Source: an uncultured virus (IMG/VR IMGVR_UViG_3300018475_001895)
Taxonomy: Duplodnaviria > Heunggongvirae > Uroviricota > Caudoviricetes
Length of the DNA: 64,000 bases
IMG/VR virus record: IMGVR_UViG_3300018475_001895
Strand: one strand, 5' to 3'
Shown here: one piece after another, positions 46,977 through 58,327 of the stretch
Numbering within the stretch: the first letter of the stretch is position 1
How the letters are laid out: each line of letters starts with the position of its first letter
Notes under the pieces: generated by a model
What the model was told of the DNA's origin: nothing
Database searches by the model: none
Seen by the model: only the letters and a program-made list of their open reading frames with translations
Made by a program: the position numbers and the translations under genes

Positions 46977-48788
46977 TTACTGAGCAATCTCGACCATCAC
47001 CATCTGACCGACAGCAACATCCTGCATCTCGTCAGTGCTGGAAACCAGAACGGGCACGCTCAGAGCCAGCTCAGCAACAGCCTCAGCAGTGGCGAAGTAG
47101 TCAGCAGCGTGGCCGCCCAGAGTAGCAGCATCGCCAGTGATATCAGCAGCCAGCTTGCCATCGACACCGATCTTCAGGATCTTGCCAGCATTCTCGACGG
47201 AAGCGACGTCAACCAGCATATCAGTGTTGATAGCATCAGTGATACCATAACCCGCCAGGGTGGTGGGAGTACCGGTGATCTTAGTCCAGGCGATATCGGG
47301 CAGACGCTCAGCAGCGATAGTACCGGTAGTGATCCAGCTACCATCGATAGCCTTGATCTGGCTCTGCAGTTCATTGATGTTGTACAGGACAGAGCCCTCG
47401 GTAGAAGTGTCACCCAGAGTCTCCTCCAGAGCATCAACGCGAGTTACAACGGTCTCGCCACCATCACCAGCACCCAGAACGATAGCAGCAATCTCCTCAA
47501 CGGTACCGGCCAGATTCTCGTGAGCCTCAGCGGTAGCGAAGTAAGAAGCGGCATGACCCTCCAGGGTAGCAGCGTCGCCAGTGATGTTAACAGGCAGCTT
47601 ACCCTCAGCATTCAGCACCAGAACCTTACCGGCATTGGCAGCAGAAGCCTCGGTAACCAGCATATCAGAAGCAACGGCATCGGTAATGCCATAGCCGGCC
47701 AGAGTAGTGGGCTTGTTCTGAACACCAGACCAGTCAACAGCAGAGGCAGTGCCAGCGCTGTAGGGCATCAGGCCCTGCATATAGTCAGCGGTACCCAGCT
47801 TAGTCTCGTCGGTAACGAAATACATCTTACCAACAGAGCCCTCAGCATCAGCGACCTTAACGGTATCACCGTTCTGAACCTGCTCAGTGGTCAGGTTAGC
47901 CAGCTCAGCCTCGGAAGCCACGACGTACATACGCTCGATGGCAGCCTTGGGGAACAGAGAGATGTCCAGAGTGCCGGTCTTGATCTGAGAAGCATCGATG
48001 TTCTGGATACCAGTCTGCAGAGCCTTCACGTCGGCAACCAGGCCAGTGTCAGAATCAGCATTACCGACGATCTCCTCAACAGTCTGAACACGAGAAGCAG
48101 CCGCATAATACTCGGCAGCATTGCCACCCAGAGTAGCAGCATCACCGGTAATATCGAAAGCCAGCTTACCGTCAGCATTAGCCTGAGCAACCTTGGAAGC
48201 AGCAGCAGCGCCACCAGCATTAGCCAGATCAGTAGTCTTCACCGCATCGGTGATACCGTAGCCAGCAACAGTGGTAGGAGCGCCGGTAATGCGGCTCCAA
48301 GCAACAGCAGAGGTCTCATCGGACAGCTTCATGTAGGAAACGGTACCGTCAGCAACCGCAGTGACCAGATACACGGCACCGTTGGTAACCTTGACGATAT
48401 CGCCTACGTTAACATCCTCGCCAGTCAGAGCAGCCTTGGCGTCCTCAGAGCCAACCTCGACACCCTTACCGGAAATGTCAACGGGCAGGTTCTCACGAGC
48501 GATCACACCCTCAATGGCAGAAGCGTTGACAGTGGTGATCTCAGAACCATCCCTCAGTGCAGGAATAACGACATTATCGATAGTGGCCATGCGATTAATT
48601 GCACGCAGCATCAGAGCAGACATGGTCTCCTCAGCGCTCAGAACGTCATTGACCTGGAAAGCGGTCTCCTCACCGGTAATAGTGGAAGCGGCGCCCAGGG
48701 CAACGATGTCGGCAGAAGTAGCGAAATGGATAGCATCCCAATCTACGCCATTATACCGACGGACAGTAGTCTTGCGAGTAGTAGCCAT
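46977..48788 (-). CDS. Tail fibre / head-decoration-like protein with PTT(L/V)AGYGITDA repeats
   Basis: 603 aa; three W..(I/V)..PTTxAGYGITDA...ITGDAATLxG..A.Y(Y/F)A repeats; strong codon bias. Confidence 0.75.
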   Translation of the reverse strand: MATTRKTTVRRYNGVDWDAIHFATSADIVALGAASTITGEETAFQVNDVLSAEETMSALMLRAINRMATIDNVVIPALRDGSEITTVNASAIEGVIARENLPVDISGKGVEVGSEDAKAALTGEDVNVGDIVKVTNGAVYLVTAVADGTVSYMKLSDETSAVAWSRITGAPTTVAGYGITDAVKTTDLANAGGAAAASKVAQANADGKLAFDITGDAATLGGNAAEYYAAASRVQTVEEIVGNADSDTGLVADVKALQTGIQNIDASQIKTGTLDISLFPKAAIERMYVVASEAELANLTTEQVQNGDTVKVADAEGSVGKMYFVTDETKLGTADYMQGLMPYSAGTASAVDWSGVQNKPTTLAGYGITDAVASDMLVTEASAANAGKVLVLNAEGKLPVNITGDAATLEGHAASYFATAEAHENLAGTVEEIAAIVLGAGDGGETVVTRVDALEETLGDTSTEGSVLYNINELQSQIKAIDGSWITTGTIAAERLPDIAWTKITGTPTTLAGYGITDAINTDMLVDVASVENAGKILKIGVDGKLAADITGDAATLGGHAADYFATAEAVAELALSVPVLVSSTDEMQDVAVGQMVMVEIAQ

Positions 48789-48819
48789 AAATCTTCACAT
48801 TCCTTTCTGGTAAATAGAT

Positions 48820-50112
48820 TTATTCAGATTGCTTGATCTGCTTCAGTACGATGAACTGAATCACATCACCCGAAGCAAGGGTGAAGTCGTTGATAAGATG
48901 GATGCCATTTTCGACAGCAATGTAGTCTATACCGACACGAAGCATAGTTTGGCCATAGTTCACGACAAGTTTGTCAACAGATCCATCGAAACCTTCGATC
49001 GTGGCAATGCTGGTAACATCGTCAGAGGCGACGGTATAGTTTACCACCAAAGCATCAATCTTACCCGGACGGTTAGCAATGGAAGTATCGAGTTCCTTGA
49101 GTTTCATCTCGTACTCTTCACGTAATGTCTCTTCCAGCTTTACGAGTTTCTGATTACATTCCTTTTGAATTTCAGAAATGTAATTGGTCATAGCCTCGAA
49201 ACGAATTTCAGTAGACTTGTAAAAAGTTTCTACTCGTTCACTGAGAATAGATACTACAGAAGTTACGGCAGACTCTGTGGACTCTAGCAGAACCCAGCTT
49301 GAATCAGGTTCATCGTATATGAGCATTATAATGTTGTTTTCTGTGATAGAATGAGGAATTGGCTCTCCCTCTTTCGTAACAATGGGCATTGGGTCCATTG
49401 AGTTCACGGAAATGGTTGCGCCCGGGTTCAGATCTTCGGTAACTCGAACAGTCATTACCATAAGATCCTTAATTTCCCCGTCCACAAAAATGCTGGTAGA
49501 GTCTCCTCCACCAACAGTTTCAGCATAAATATCACCAGCACTTGCACCATCAAGACCCCATCCCTCGAATAGATGCTTATGTCGATTATATTTACCCTCA
49601 TATGTAATATAAGCATCGGTATCAAAGAACTTGATCACTGCATGTTCTTCATCACCTTTAAATGCCATACACATACCGAATGCAGTAGGCCATCCGAGTG
49701 TTTCAAAGTTTTCATACTCGATTGGACCGCAGAAAAATGCAGGTGCTTTCATTTGTCGAATTACACTATCCGGCGTAAAGCTAAGATCCAGCTGATCCAA
49801 CTGACTAAGTCTGGTATATACAGTAATACCATTTACTCTATCAGCATTAAGAACATTCGTTCCAGGATCAAATTTGGTAAGAATCTGCTTCAGATACTCA
49901 AGGCTGTTAGGGGAGAACAGCCGCCCGTTATGGGGATTCCGAATATAGAAAGTACCTTCTTTGTAGTTGATACCAAGTTCGCCGGGTGCAAGTTTATCTT
50001 TATCGTCATCAGAAGTGATCTCTTTTACAATGATACGGAATATCTGCGACAGCAAGTGCATTTGATACTCGCTCAATGTAGTATTGACCGGATCACGGGT
50101 CATGGCCATCAA
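48820..50112 (-). CDS. Putative tail-fibre-associated protein
   Basis: LAPGELGIN N-terminal motif; C-terminal NYGQTMLRVGIDY module; AACATCAGTATA motif at 50132-50143. Confidence 0.65.
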   Translation of the reverse strand: MMAMTRDPVNTTLSEYQMHLLSQIFRIIVKEITSDDDKDKLAPGELGINYKEGTFYIRNPHNGRLFSPNSLEYLKQILTKFDPGTNVLNADRVNGITVYTRLSQLDQLDLSFTPDSVIRQMKAPAFFCGPIEYENFETLGWPTAFGMCMAFKGDEEHAVIKFFDTDAYITYEGKYNRHKHLFEGWGLDGASAGDIYAETVGGGDSTSIFVDGEIKDLMVMTVRVTEDLNPGATISVNSMDPMPIVTKEGEPIPHSITENNIIMLIYDEPDSSWVLLESTESAVTSVVSILSERVETFYKSTEIRFEAMTNYISEIQKECNQKLVKLEETLREEYEMKLKELDTSIANRPGKIDALVVNYTVASDDVTSIATIEGFDGSVDKLVVNYGQTMLRVGIDYIAVENGIHLINDFTLASGDVIQFIVLKQIKQSE

Positions 50113-50289
50113 TCCTCCTTCGTTGCTTGATTATACTGATGTTCCGACATAAAAGTTAAAGTGGAAAAGAAATAAAGAGAGCCCAAGCTGGCTCTCTTTT
50201 CTGTTTCCGATTTGGTGATAAATTAGTCTATATTATAAGTATAGATTGGATAAAGAAGAGACACCCGGGAGAAATCCCGGGTGTTCTTT

Positions 50290-53200
50290 TTACTCTTTGA
50301 TGGTATAAGTCTGATCACTACCAAGACCAGGAATAATAATGCGAGATTGATTATCCGGCATACCGGTAAGACTGATATCAGAGATAGCGTTGAATTTTCT
50401 AACAAGATCTCTGATAAAGTATTCAGCTTCATCTTGATGATCTTCCAGATATTTCAGTTCTCTCATAAGTCTACCATTATAGATATACTCCTCCATGAGA
50501 ACATCGTAGAATCCACGATATGTCTTATCACAGACATGCATCGGAATCATTTTCTCATAATCTCTATCCGGTCTTTGAATACTAGTAGAAGTGTCAGGAG
50601 CATTCCAATATTGGATAGCAAGACGCTTTGCTCGACTAAGATAGATATCTTTCTTGCTATAGAAGAAATCGACACAAGAAATTATCTCGTTGAAATTCAG
50701 CAACTGGATTTTACCTGCGGCAATTTCTTTATATTCCGTTCTAGGGATATATCTACCATTGACGAATAGCATCATTCTATCACCCAGGAATGCAATATCT
50801 CGATAGGAATAATCGATTACATGTCTCCATGCGGCTTCTCTTTCACGGTTAGTTACACCTTCTTCATCGTCATAGTCGATATGATATCTTCCGATGTTAG
50901 TGGAATACGTTACACTGTAATCGGTAGTATCAATTCGAGCGGTACTAACGGTATGAGATCTTCCGGTATAAAGTCGCATGAGACCAGGATCAAAGACATC
51001 CTCGCCAGTGACAAGACGTTTATGGAAGATATTAACATCTTTCAGATCAATTACACCAGATGAAATCAGATCTGCAAGAATGCTGATATAACGAATACCA
51101 AGCTTTCCTCTGAAATTCATAACAATATCATCAAACATAAATGCTGTAATATTATCATGATCGAACTGGAGCATCAGCAGACGTTCGTTGATATTCAGAA
51201 TCATAGACTCAGTATCGGAATAACAGACCTTGTTATCGATTTCTTCTAGGAATTCATACCAAATTGCACGATCAGTCGGATCTTCGGAGAACTGTTTACC
51301 ATAGTTGATCTTATAAAGTGTGGGATCGTCAACTTTGCGGAACAGTTCAATTTCAGTCTCATCGCCATGTGCGCCATAGTCAAACGTCAGCGTTGATTTA
51401 ACATCACCTTCACCGAGATCCATTAAGAAACCTTCAGGGAGATTGTATCCATTTTCCATAAGAGGAGAACAAACAATTTCCCCAACGTAGTCCTGCAGTG
51501 TGACACCAGGGATGTTGACCCAGATTGTACCAATTTCAGCGAAGTCGGGTTCCCTAATAGACATGATGTACTTCAGGTTATTCATCTTCGCAGTCTGAAT
51601 AACAGGAGCAGCATCTTCTGGATCAGGCGGGATATCTAGCCAGTACATGCCAATCTCAGCATTCTCCGGCTTCTCTTCGGAAAGGATATACTCAGCACCA
51701 TCCGTTTCCATATCCACATTATCGAGTTCCGGATAAGGATTCTCAATTTCATTCGCCGCGTTACTGTACACATAATCGATCAAGAGAACTTTATAGACTG
51801 CTACGTTTAGAGTCTCTTTATCCATTGTATCCAGATAACTTTCCCAAAGAATTCTGATCGCAGTTTTATCCTCCTCAGTACCCTCGGTAATGTATCGGAG
51901 AATGATTCTCTTTTTCTGCTCGACAGTGTATCCTGCGATCTCTGCACCAGTGATATAGTTACCAGATTCATCATCCACATAAGAGATAGTTTCCAATGCA
52001 AACATGTCCGGCGCTACAACACCTACACCGTTCAACACATTATCGAACGGGTTTTCATCAATATATGGTGTATCAGGATTATCTTTACCATCTACGTCAA
52101 AAGTCTCGGCATATATTTGACCTTCATAATGCCAACTATCAGGAGGAGGGCCAATACCGGATTCGTATTGTTCGAAACCTTCACGCTCAGGAAGAGTATT
52201 GTCTTCAATGGACACGGCATTCAATTCTGGAGATTCTGGTAGAGGACCAATATTCATCTCGGTTCTTTCAACAATGCGGGGGTCATCTATGCCAGAACCT
52301 TCTTGTAGAACCAGATAGTCTTTATGGCCTTTAGATAGTTTAAAATATGTCAGTAGTAGTTCAGTGTATTCCTGTGGGCCTGTATCATCAATAATCATAT
52401 CCATTGCATATGAGCCAGCTTTGATATCCTGAGGGATATTATCAGGATCAAGTCCCATGGCTTTGATACGTTCAATAGGATTTACCTGGAACATATCAGG
52501 TTCTACGTTGACAAGAAGTTCGAACCAAAGATGCTGGTCTTTCACCGAAGGCTCAACAGTTGCTACACGGACAGCATCATCTACAGGATGATCGATCACA
52601 TCACCACGAAGAATAAGCAGGTTCCGATAGAAGCGGTTCAGTTTAGTATGCAGTTCTAAAATATTATTCAGATCTACATAATCTCCAATATTTTCAATGA
52701 CAGTATCTTCACCAGCGTTAAACTTGATCAATGTAAACCTATTCACATCATACATCTCAGAGTCAATGATATAAGTGGGGTTACCAAGTTCAAGGTTTTC
52801 TACATAATGGTCATCTATCTTTTTAAGAGATACCACCTGATAGTCACTAAAAATATTACCACAATAGAACATGATATCTCGATGAGGCTCAAATGGTACA
52901 TTTGTGACAATAGCACTTTTTGTTTTACCATTGAGCATATGAATATCTGTCTGGAAGAAAGTAGGTCTTGCAAAGCGACTGTTATCACACATCAAGAAAT
53001 CATTCTGCTCACTACAGAAGAACGGGAATTTCTCCCAAAGTCTATAGCAGTATGCTGCAATTCTGAAAAGCTTATCCAGAATAATCTCTTCATCGTCAGA
53101 CCCAAGGATTACATCGTTCACCGGTCGGAGCTTGTTCAGATATTCTACATCACAGTTATATGGATCATCGATCATCATAAATTCCGGATAGCAAACCAAA

Positions 53201-54057
53201 CGTGATACATCCGGACAAGGTATCCTGTCAGAGCTGTCGGTATACACTCTAACGATACAGTCTTTATCTACTTTTATGCAAGGATAGAACTTAGCATCAA
53301 TAGGATACCCAGGATCATGATCTACAACGATATGATGATAGCATCGAGTATGATACGGACTATCAATGAAGATACCAGTATTGGCTTTTACCTCATATAC
53401 ACCAGCAAGGTTTGCGCAAAGAAACAAATCGATATCAGTCGTATAGGAGCAATGAAACTCCCAGTGAGTTGCATCAATCTGTTTTACTTCAGGGATACAT
53501 ATCTTGCCATTACTGATGTAGTATACACATTTACCTGGATTATCCATACTCGCAAAAGGTTGTCTGGTGATATCAATTCTTTGCACGTGGATATAGTCGC
53601 CCTCAACATCGGCGATCTTAGTATATCGTTGGAAGATATTTTCATTACGAATCAATGTAACCACGGTATTCTCAATATCGTAATGTTTTGGCATGATACC
53701 ATAGAGATGAACTTCAGATTCGATCCACGTAATAGTATTGGGGTTAATATATTCATCATCGATCCAGATTTCCAAATCTTCAATAGGTTGACGATCGATC
53801 ATGAAATGTGGATAAAAATACCCAACACGCTCAATGTCACGATAGGATAACGAACATTGCTCGATAGATTTCTGCCCAATATATTCCCTATTTTCTCGGA
53901 TCCTCCGTTCCTCCGTACAGAGTATGCCCATCTCGTTCAGTGTATTATACAGTTCGGTTGTAGTTGACATGTTTGAGACAAGCACCCGAGCTCGCCTCCT
54001 TTCCATATATTTTCTCAGGGGGGCTTTTCTATAAAAGAATATAGGCAAAAATCCCAC
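50290..54057 (-). CDS. Large putative virion structural protein
   Basis: ~1230-1255 aa acidic protein in a late operon; true start probably ~25-30 codons downstream. Confidence 0.6.
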   Translation of the reverse strand: MGFLPIFFYRKAPLRKYMERRRARVLVSNMSTTTELYNTLNEMGILCTEERRIRENREYIGQKSIEQCSLSYRDIERVGYFYPHFMIDRQPIEDLEIWIDDEYINPNTITWIESEVHLYGIMPKHYDIENTVVTLIRNENIFQRYTKIADVEGDYIHVQRIDITRQPFASMDNPGKCVYYISNGKICIPEVKQIDATHWEFHCSYTTDIDLFLCANLAGVYEVKANTGIFIDSPYHTRCYHHIVVDHDPGYPIDAKFYPCIKVDKDCIVRVYTDSSDRIPCPDVSRLVCYPEFMMIDDPYNCDVEYLNKLRPVNDVILGSDDEEIILDKLFRIAAYCYRLWEKFPFFCSEQNDFLMCDNSRFARPTFFQTDIHMLNGKTKSAIVTNVPFEPHRDIMFYCGNIFSDYQVVSLKKIDDHYVENLELGNPTYIIDSEMYDVNRFTLIKFNAGEDTVIENIGDYVDLNNILELHTKLNRFYRNLLILRGDVIDHPVDDAVRVATVEPSVKDQHLWFELLVNVEPDMFQVNPIERIKAMGLDPDNIPQDIKAGSYAMDMIIDDTGPQEYTELLLTYFKLSKGHKDYLVLQEGSGIDDPRIVERTEMNIGPLPESPELNAVSIEDNTLPEREGFEQYESGIGPPPDSWHYEGQIYAETFDVDGKDNPDTPYIDENPFDNVLNGVGVVAPDMFALETISYVDDESGNYITGAEIAGYTVEQKKRIILRYITEGTEEDKTAIRILWESYLDTMDKETLNVAVYKVLLIDYVYSNAANEIENPYPELDNVDMETDGAEYILSEEKPENAEIGMYWLDIPPDPEDAAPVIQTAKMNNLKYIMSIREPDFAEIGTIWVNIPGVTLQDYVGEIVCSPLMENGYNLPEGFLMDLGEGDVKSTLTFDYGAHGDETEIELFRKVDDPTLYKINYGKQFSEDPTDRAIWYEFLEEIDNKVCYSDTESMILNINERLLMLQFDHDNITAFMFDDIVMNFRGKLGIRYISILADLISSGVIDLKDVNIFHKRLVTGEDVFDPGLMRLYTGRSHTVSTARIDTTDYSVTYSTNIGRYHIDYDDEEGVTNREREAAWRHVIDYSYRDIAFLGDRMMLFVNGRYIPRTEYKEIAAGKIQLLNFNEIISCVDFFYSKKDIYLSRAKRLAIQYWNAPDTSTSIQRPDRDYEKMIPMHVCDKTYRGFYDVLMEEYIYNGRLMRELKYLEDHQDEAEYFIRDLVRKFNAISDISLTGMPDNQSRIIIPGLGSDQTYTIKE

Positions 54058-54114
54058 CCTTTAAAAGATAAGACGGGAAGGGAGCTATTGTCCCCTCCCG
54101 TCGTGGTTACATTC

Positions 54115-55185
54115 TTACTGATTGCCGATCATCAACTGCATACGCTTGTACATATCTGCGCCCTTAGTTTTCTCCATAACAGGCTCAAGAGCCATACGAG
54201 AAATCAGAGGAGATTCAAACAGAACCATACAGATCGTATAGAGATGATAGCCGATATAGTCGATCGACATAGCTGTAGCGGCACCGTATAGTCTGATCCA
54301 CTTGTCATATACCAGATAGTCGCTGAGGCCCTTCATGGAAGGGCAGAGACGTTTCAGTTCCAGAATAAACAAAGAGATCGAATCAAAGTTATCTGTCTGG
54401 AACTGTGCATCCAAAGACTCAGTGATCAATTTAGACAGCTTTGGGAAATATGTATTCTTATACCGACGGAAGAACATTTCCTGACCAGTCTGTGTTCCAT
54501 ACATCTGAATCAAGGCAAACTCAGTAGCCAGGTAACGAATCTTGTCTTTAGTGACAGGATCCATATGTACCAGAGAGTTAATAGCTTTTTCCAGCATAGA
54601 ACCATACAGAAGAGCCATACCATCGCCCAGATCTGCAGGAACAGAAGAATTTGTCTGCACAATTTTTAATGCAACACATGCAGCGAACAATGCTGCCATA
54701 AGTGCATTATAATTTCTGCTATGAGCAATCTGATATTTGCCCATATTATCAAGCTGGACAAAATCAGAAATGTTCACGAAGATACGAGCATTTCGACCAC
54801 TGCCCTGGATGATATAGGGGATGCATGTAGGAAGTTTATACTCTTCGCTGTAGACCATGATTACAGATCCATCATCAATCATAGAGCGCATTGTTTTCTT
54901 GCAGCTCAACTTGTAACGAGGACCTTCAAAGAGTTCATACTGCACAGTCTTGTCAAATTGAGTATAATCGACATGAAGAAATCCGTTATTTTCAACGGTC
55001 ATACGGGGGATTACGTCAACCAGCCGCTGGCCGTTGACCATAGTGTTTTTATTAGCGTATTCAAACACCTCAGAATCACTGAGACGGTAGAATATTTTAC
55101 GCTCACCGACAGTTTCCCCCAAGAGTGTCAGTGTATCGTCCTGTGGCCAAGACAAAGAGGGGAGAAAGACTTTTGTGTCAGTCAT
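54115..55185 (-). CDS. Hypothetical protein (late; possibly structural)
   Basis: 356 aa; AAAGGAG SD; AACATAAGTATA motif at 55235-55246. Confidence 0.75.
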   Translation of the reverse strand: MTDTKVFLPSLSWPQDDTLTLLGETVGERKIFYRLSDSEVFEYANKNTMVNGQRLVDVIPRMTVENNGFLHVDYTQFDKTVQYELFEGPRYKLSCKKTMRSMIDDGSVIMVYSEEYKLPTCIPYIIQGSGRNARIFVNISDFVQLDNMGKYQIAHSRNYNALMAALFAACVALKIVQTNSSVPADLGDGMALLYGSMLEKAINSLVHMDPVTKDKIRYLATEFALIQMYGTQTGQEMFFRRYKNTYFPKLSKLITESLDAQFQTDNFDSISLFILELKRLCPSMKGLSDYLVYDKWIRLYGAATAMSIDYIGYHLYTICMVLFESPLISRMALEPVMEKTKGADMYKRMQLMIGNQ

Positions 55186-55333
55186 TCCAATTTAGCTCCT
55201 TTCATTCAGCGCTGATTATTACACATATAACATGTATACTTATGTTTTTCTAAAGATCCCCTAGTCGAAATTGAAATGGGTATAAGAGGTATATTTCCTC
55301 AAAGTTTACCATTATATGGAGGCCTAATTCCTT

Positions 55334-55846
55334 ATGAAACAACGTATGAATAGACAGAAAATTTCGCAACTTCAAATGGATCGTGCTGAGCATGAAATGA
55401 AACGTAATATGACCAAAACATACAACTGTGTTTCATGCTCAAAGGCTATTCGAGAAGAGGATATTATAACAGCTGATGCTTTCAGGATAATGGATCCTGG
55501 TGGTGAAGTTCGATATTTAGTTGGATATCGGTTTAGTTGTAGTAAAGATTTAATCAAACCTTTCTATGACGCTAGGTATAGATGCATGTGTACTCAAGGC
55601 GACGATGCATCTGCACATAATTGTCAAACTTGTATGTACAGTGAGCCATATATGGTTCAGATACTCAATGAAGTTCCTAAAGGTGGTAAAGCTAAAAAGT
55701 GGGCCAAACCACCCAAAAATAACTGTATAGCACATCGTATTTTATATCGCTGTAAAAACTTAATACGTATGGAACAGTTTAATGAAGGAACATTCATGTG
55801 TGCATATATTAAATGTGATCATTATAAGAAACGGGAGGAGAAGTGA
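55334..55846 (+). CDS. Cys-rich (Zn-binding) hypothetical protein
   Basis: CVSC, CQTC and further Cys/His; GGAGG SD. Confidence 0.7.
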   Translation: MKQRMNRQKISQLQMDRAEHEMKRNMTKTYNCVSCSKAIREEDIITADAFRIMDPGGEVRYLVGYRFSCSKDLIKPFYDARYRCMCTQGDDASAHNCQTCMYSEPYMVQILNEVPKGGKAKKWAKPPKNNCIAHRILYRCKNLIRMEQFNEGTFMCAYIKCDHYKKREEK

Positions 55847-56613
55847 TTTTAATGGCCAAAAAGGATAAAGAGCAGGAGAAGAAAGTTGAAGTCGAAAGTG
55901 GTAAGACTAAAACTGATAACCACAATAAGGCTTACATAAATTCAAAAGGCGAACGCGTTATGCGCATCACTGAAGTTATCAAGGTTCTTGCTAAGGATCA
56001 GTTGATGACTTGGGCAAATATGTTGGGTTTCAAAGGTATTGACTATAAGAAAGAGCTTGAAAGAACTGCAAATATCGGTTCTATGTTTCATGGTGTAGTC
56101 GAACAGTTCATGAATCCCAAGCAGCTTGCATTTATTGACTATTCCGCATATGGTGTCTACGGTTTTCAGTCTGAAATGGAAGCTACCAATGCAATTCATT
56201 CTTTCTTCGAATGGTATGAAGATGTAAAAAATATCGTCAAAGTTAAGTTCACTGAAAAAGTTGTAGTCGGTGAGAAACTTGGTGGTACTATCGATTGTGG
56301 TATTGAAGGTTTTTGTGATCCCGAAAAGGTAATCTTCGTAGACTATAAAACGAGTCCCAGTTTTTATCTCAGTCAGTTTCTTCAGCTTGCAGGTTATGTA
56401 AAACTTTATGAAGAGGTTTATGGTGAGGATACTGTGGAAGGTGTTATGGTGGTCCTTGCCAATAAGAAAACGGGAACTAAAGCTCGTGCACGATTTATTG
56501 ATCGGGATGCAATGGGTCCAATTATTTTGTGTTTCGATTGTCTTTATAATACAGCAGTTGCCACTAAGGTCCTAAACAATAGTTGGTGGCAGTTGGGAAA
56601 GGATATACAGTAA
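55843..56613 (+). CDS. PD-(D/E)XK exonuclease (Cas4/RecB-like)
   Basis: GSMFH, GTID, VDYKTS, QLAGY motifs. Confidence 0.85.
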   Translation: MILMAKKDKEQEKKVEVESGKTKTDNHNKAYINSKGERVMRITEVIKVLAKDQLMTWANMLGFKGIDYKKELERTANIGSMFHGVVEQFMNPKQLAFIDYSAYGVYGFQSEMEATNAIHSFFEWYEDVKNIVKVKFTEKVVVGEKLGGTIDCGIEGFCDPEKVIFVDYKTSPSFYLSQFLQLAGYVKLYEEVYGEDTVEGVMVVLANKKTGTKARARFIDRDAMGPIILCFDCLYNTAVATKVLNNSWWQLGKDIQ

Positions 56614-57305
56614 TGCATTACACGAATGAAACTACATCATTTCTCTCGTATGAAGTAATTGGTGAGGTATCTCTGAATATCCTTGAGTTTAAAGAGAAAG
56701 GTGATACTCTTAATTTTACGGGGGAAATTACTGAAATCTTCTATGAAGACTATTTGAACAAAATGCCAGGTGGGATTCCAAGGCTTCTTCCCCAGAAGCA
56801 TGCGTTGAATCTTAAACTTGTATCAGTTCAAGCCAATCGCATTGTAAGGAATATTACCATATTGATCACGGATGTTATTACATATGAAACTGATGAGAAC
56901 TACAACAGCTGTAGAATTACAGTCAAGTATGCAAGAATTCCTACAGGGGATACTGATCCTCGATCTTTGGTGACAATTCGTCCTGTAGTCTCTCATATTT
57001 TTCACAGTGATGGCTTTATCGGCCTCACGCTCGAAGGTGATATGAAAGCGATCATGCATATGGCTAGCCGGGAACTTCGTGTATTCTGTCATGGTGGGAT
57101 TGTTTATTATAACGGTGATTTGACTATGTTGAATACCACTATGGAGGACAAACCTACTATTGATAGTATACGATATAACACAATTGGCATACTAACAGCA
57201 TCAGCATTGAAAATTCCTGTACAGGAGGAGTATAGGAGATTTAAAGATGCTTTTAAACATTTTGTGAAAAATATCTACGGTTTGGATAATATCGCAGATA
57301 TTTGA
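56613..57305 (+). CDS. Hypothetical protein
   Basis: TAATG stop/start coupling with the exonuclease gene. Confidence 0.65.
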   Translation: MHYTNETTSFLSYEVIGEVSLNILEFKEKGDTLNFTGEITEIFYEDYLNKMPGGIPRLLPQKHALNLKLVSVQANRIVRNITILITDVITYETDENYNSCRITVKYARIPTGDTDPRSLVTIRPVVSHIFHSDGFIGLTLEGDMKAIMHMASRELRVFCHGGIVYYNGDLTMLNTTMEDKPTIDSIRYNTIGILTASALKIPVQEEYRRFKDAFKHFVKNIYGLDNIADI

Positions 57306-57328
57306 TATGAAATAAGGAGGAAGTATAT

Positions 57329-58315
57329 ATGAGCTATGCTGATTTTAAATTCATTGGTAACTGTAAGAAGATCCTTGCGGAGGGATTCTCTGATGAATCA
57401 TTCCAGGTTCGTCCTAAGTGGGAAGATGGTACTCCCGCACATACGAAGAAGCTGCTACATGTAGTTGACCATTATCAGCTTGCACAGGATTCTATTCCCA
57501 TTATGACCATGCGCAAAACAGGATTTAAGACCTGTATTGGTGAGATTCTTTGGATCTATCAGAAAGCATCCAATGTCATTAGTGAGCTCGGTTCTCATAT
57601 CTGGGATGAGTGGGATGTTGGTAATGGTACAATCGGAAAAGCTTATGGCTATCAGATCGGTAAACTCCATCGACATCATAAGCATACTCCTGGAGAAAAT
57701 CTGTCTGACTACCCGTCTGCTGGTGAAAAGGACGGCTGGATTTATCTGAATCAGATCGATGCCGTTATTTGGGACCTGAGAAATAATCCTGGTTCTCGGT
57801 CTATTATTACGAATATGTACAATCATGAAGATCTCAGCGAGATGGGTCTTCGTCCCTGTGCATATTCTATGACATATAATGTCACAAAAGACTCTGATGG
57901 AAATATGGTTCTGAATTCTATTCTGAACCAGCGTTCACAGGATATGCTCACCGCCAATAATTGGAATGCCGTTCAATATTCTGTTCTGACTCATATGTTG
58001 GCTCAGATTTGTGGCATGAAGGTTGGTAAATTTACCCATGTAATTGTAGATGCGCATATTTACGATCGACACATCCCTGTTGTGGAGAGTATGATCAAAG
58101 AGTATGAGAATGTGTTGGTTAAAGCCGTACATAATATCGACTCTGGTTATGATGATCGTACTATTCAGGAACTGCGCGAAGTTCTGCCATATCGTAATCC
58201 TAAGTTCTGGATCAATCCTGATATCAAAAGTTTCTATGACTTTACTACAAAGGATTTTGAGCTGAAGGATTATCATTACGTTCCGTTCGACTATAAAATC
58301 CCTGTGGCAGTCTAA
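57329..58315 (+). CDS. thyA: Thymidylate synthase
   Basis: EILW, IWDEW, GKAYG, LRPCA (catalytic Cys), QRSQD...N (dUMP-specific Asn), DAHIYDRH. Confidence 0.96.
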   Translation: MSYADFKFIGNCKKILAEGFSDESFQVRPKWEDGTPAHTKKLLHVVDHYQLAQDSIPIMTMRKTGFKTCIGEILWIYQKASNVISELGSHIWDEWDVGNGTIGKAYGYQIGKLHRHHKHTPGENLSDYPSAGEKDGWIYLNQIDAVIWDLRNNPGSRSIITNMYNHEDLSEMGLRPCAYSMTYNVTKDSDGNMVLNSILNQRSQDMLTANNWNAVQYSVLTHMLAQICGMKVGKFTHVIVDAHIYDRHIPVVESMIKEYENVLVKAVHNIDSGYDDRTIQELREVLPYRNPKFWINPDIKSFYDFTTKDFELKDYHYVPFDYKIPVAV

Positions 58316-58327
58316 TGAGGTGACTAT

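Noticed and set aside
46977..48788. DNA repeats in the tail fibre gene as a phase-variation cassette
   Set aside because: Explained by protein-level PTTLAGYGITDA repeats; no invertase or inverted sites nearby
47109..48836. 575-aa plus-strand ORF
   Set aside because: Antisense shadow of the codon-biased tail fibre gene; no SD and no motifs
57329..58315. ThyA homolog as a base-modifying dCMP/dUMP hydroxymethylase
   Set aside because: It has the canonical dUMP-specific Asn, a host-like sequence and an adjacent DHFR, all consistent with an ordinary thymidylate synthase
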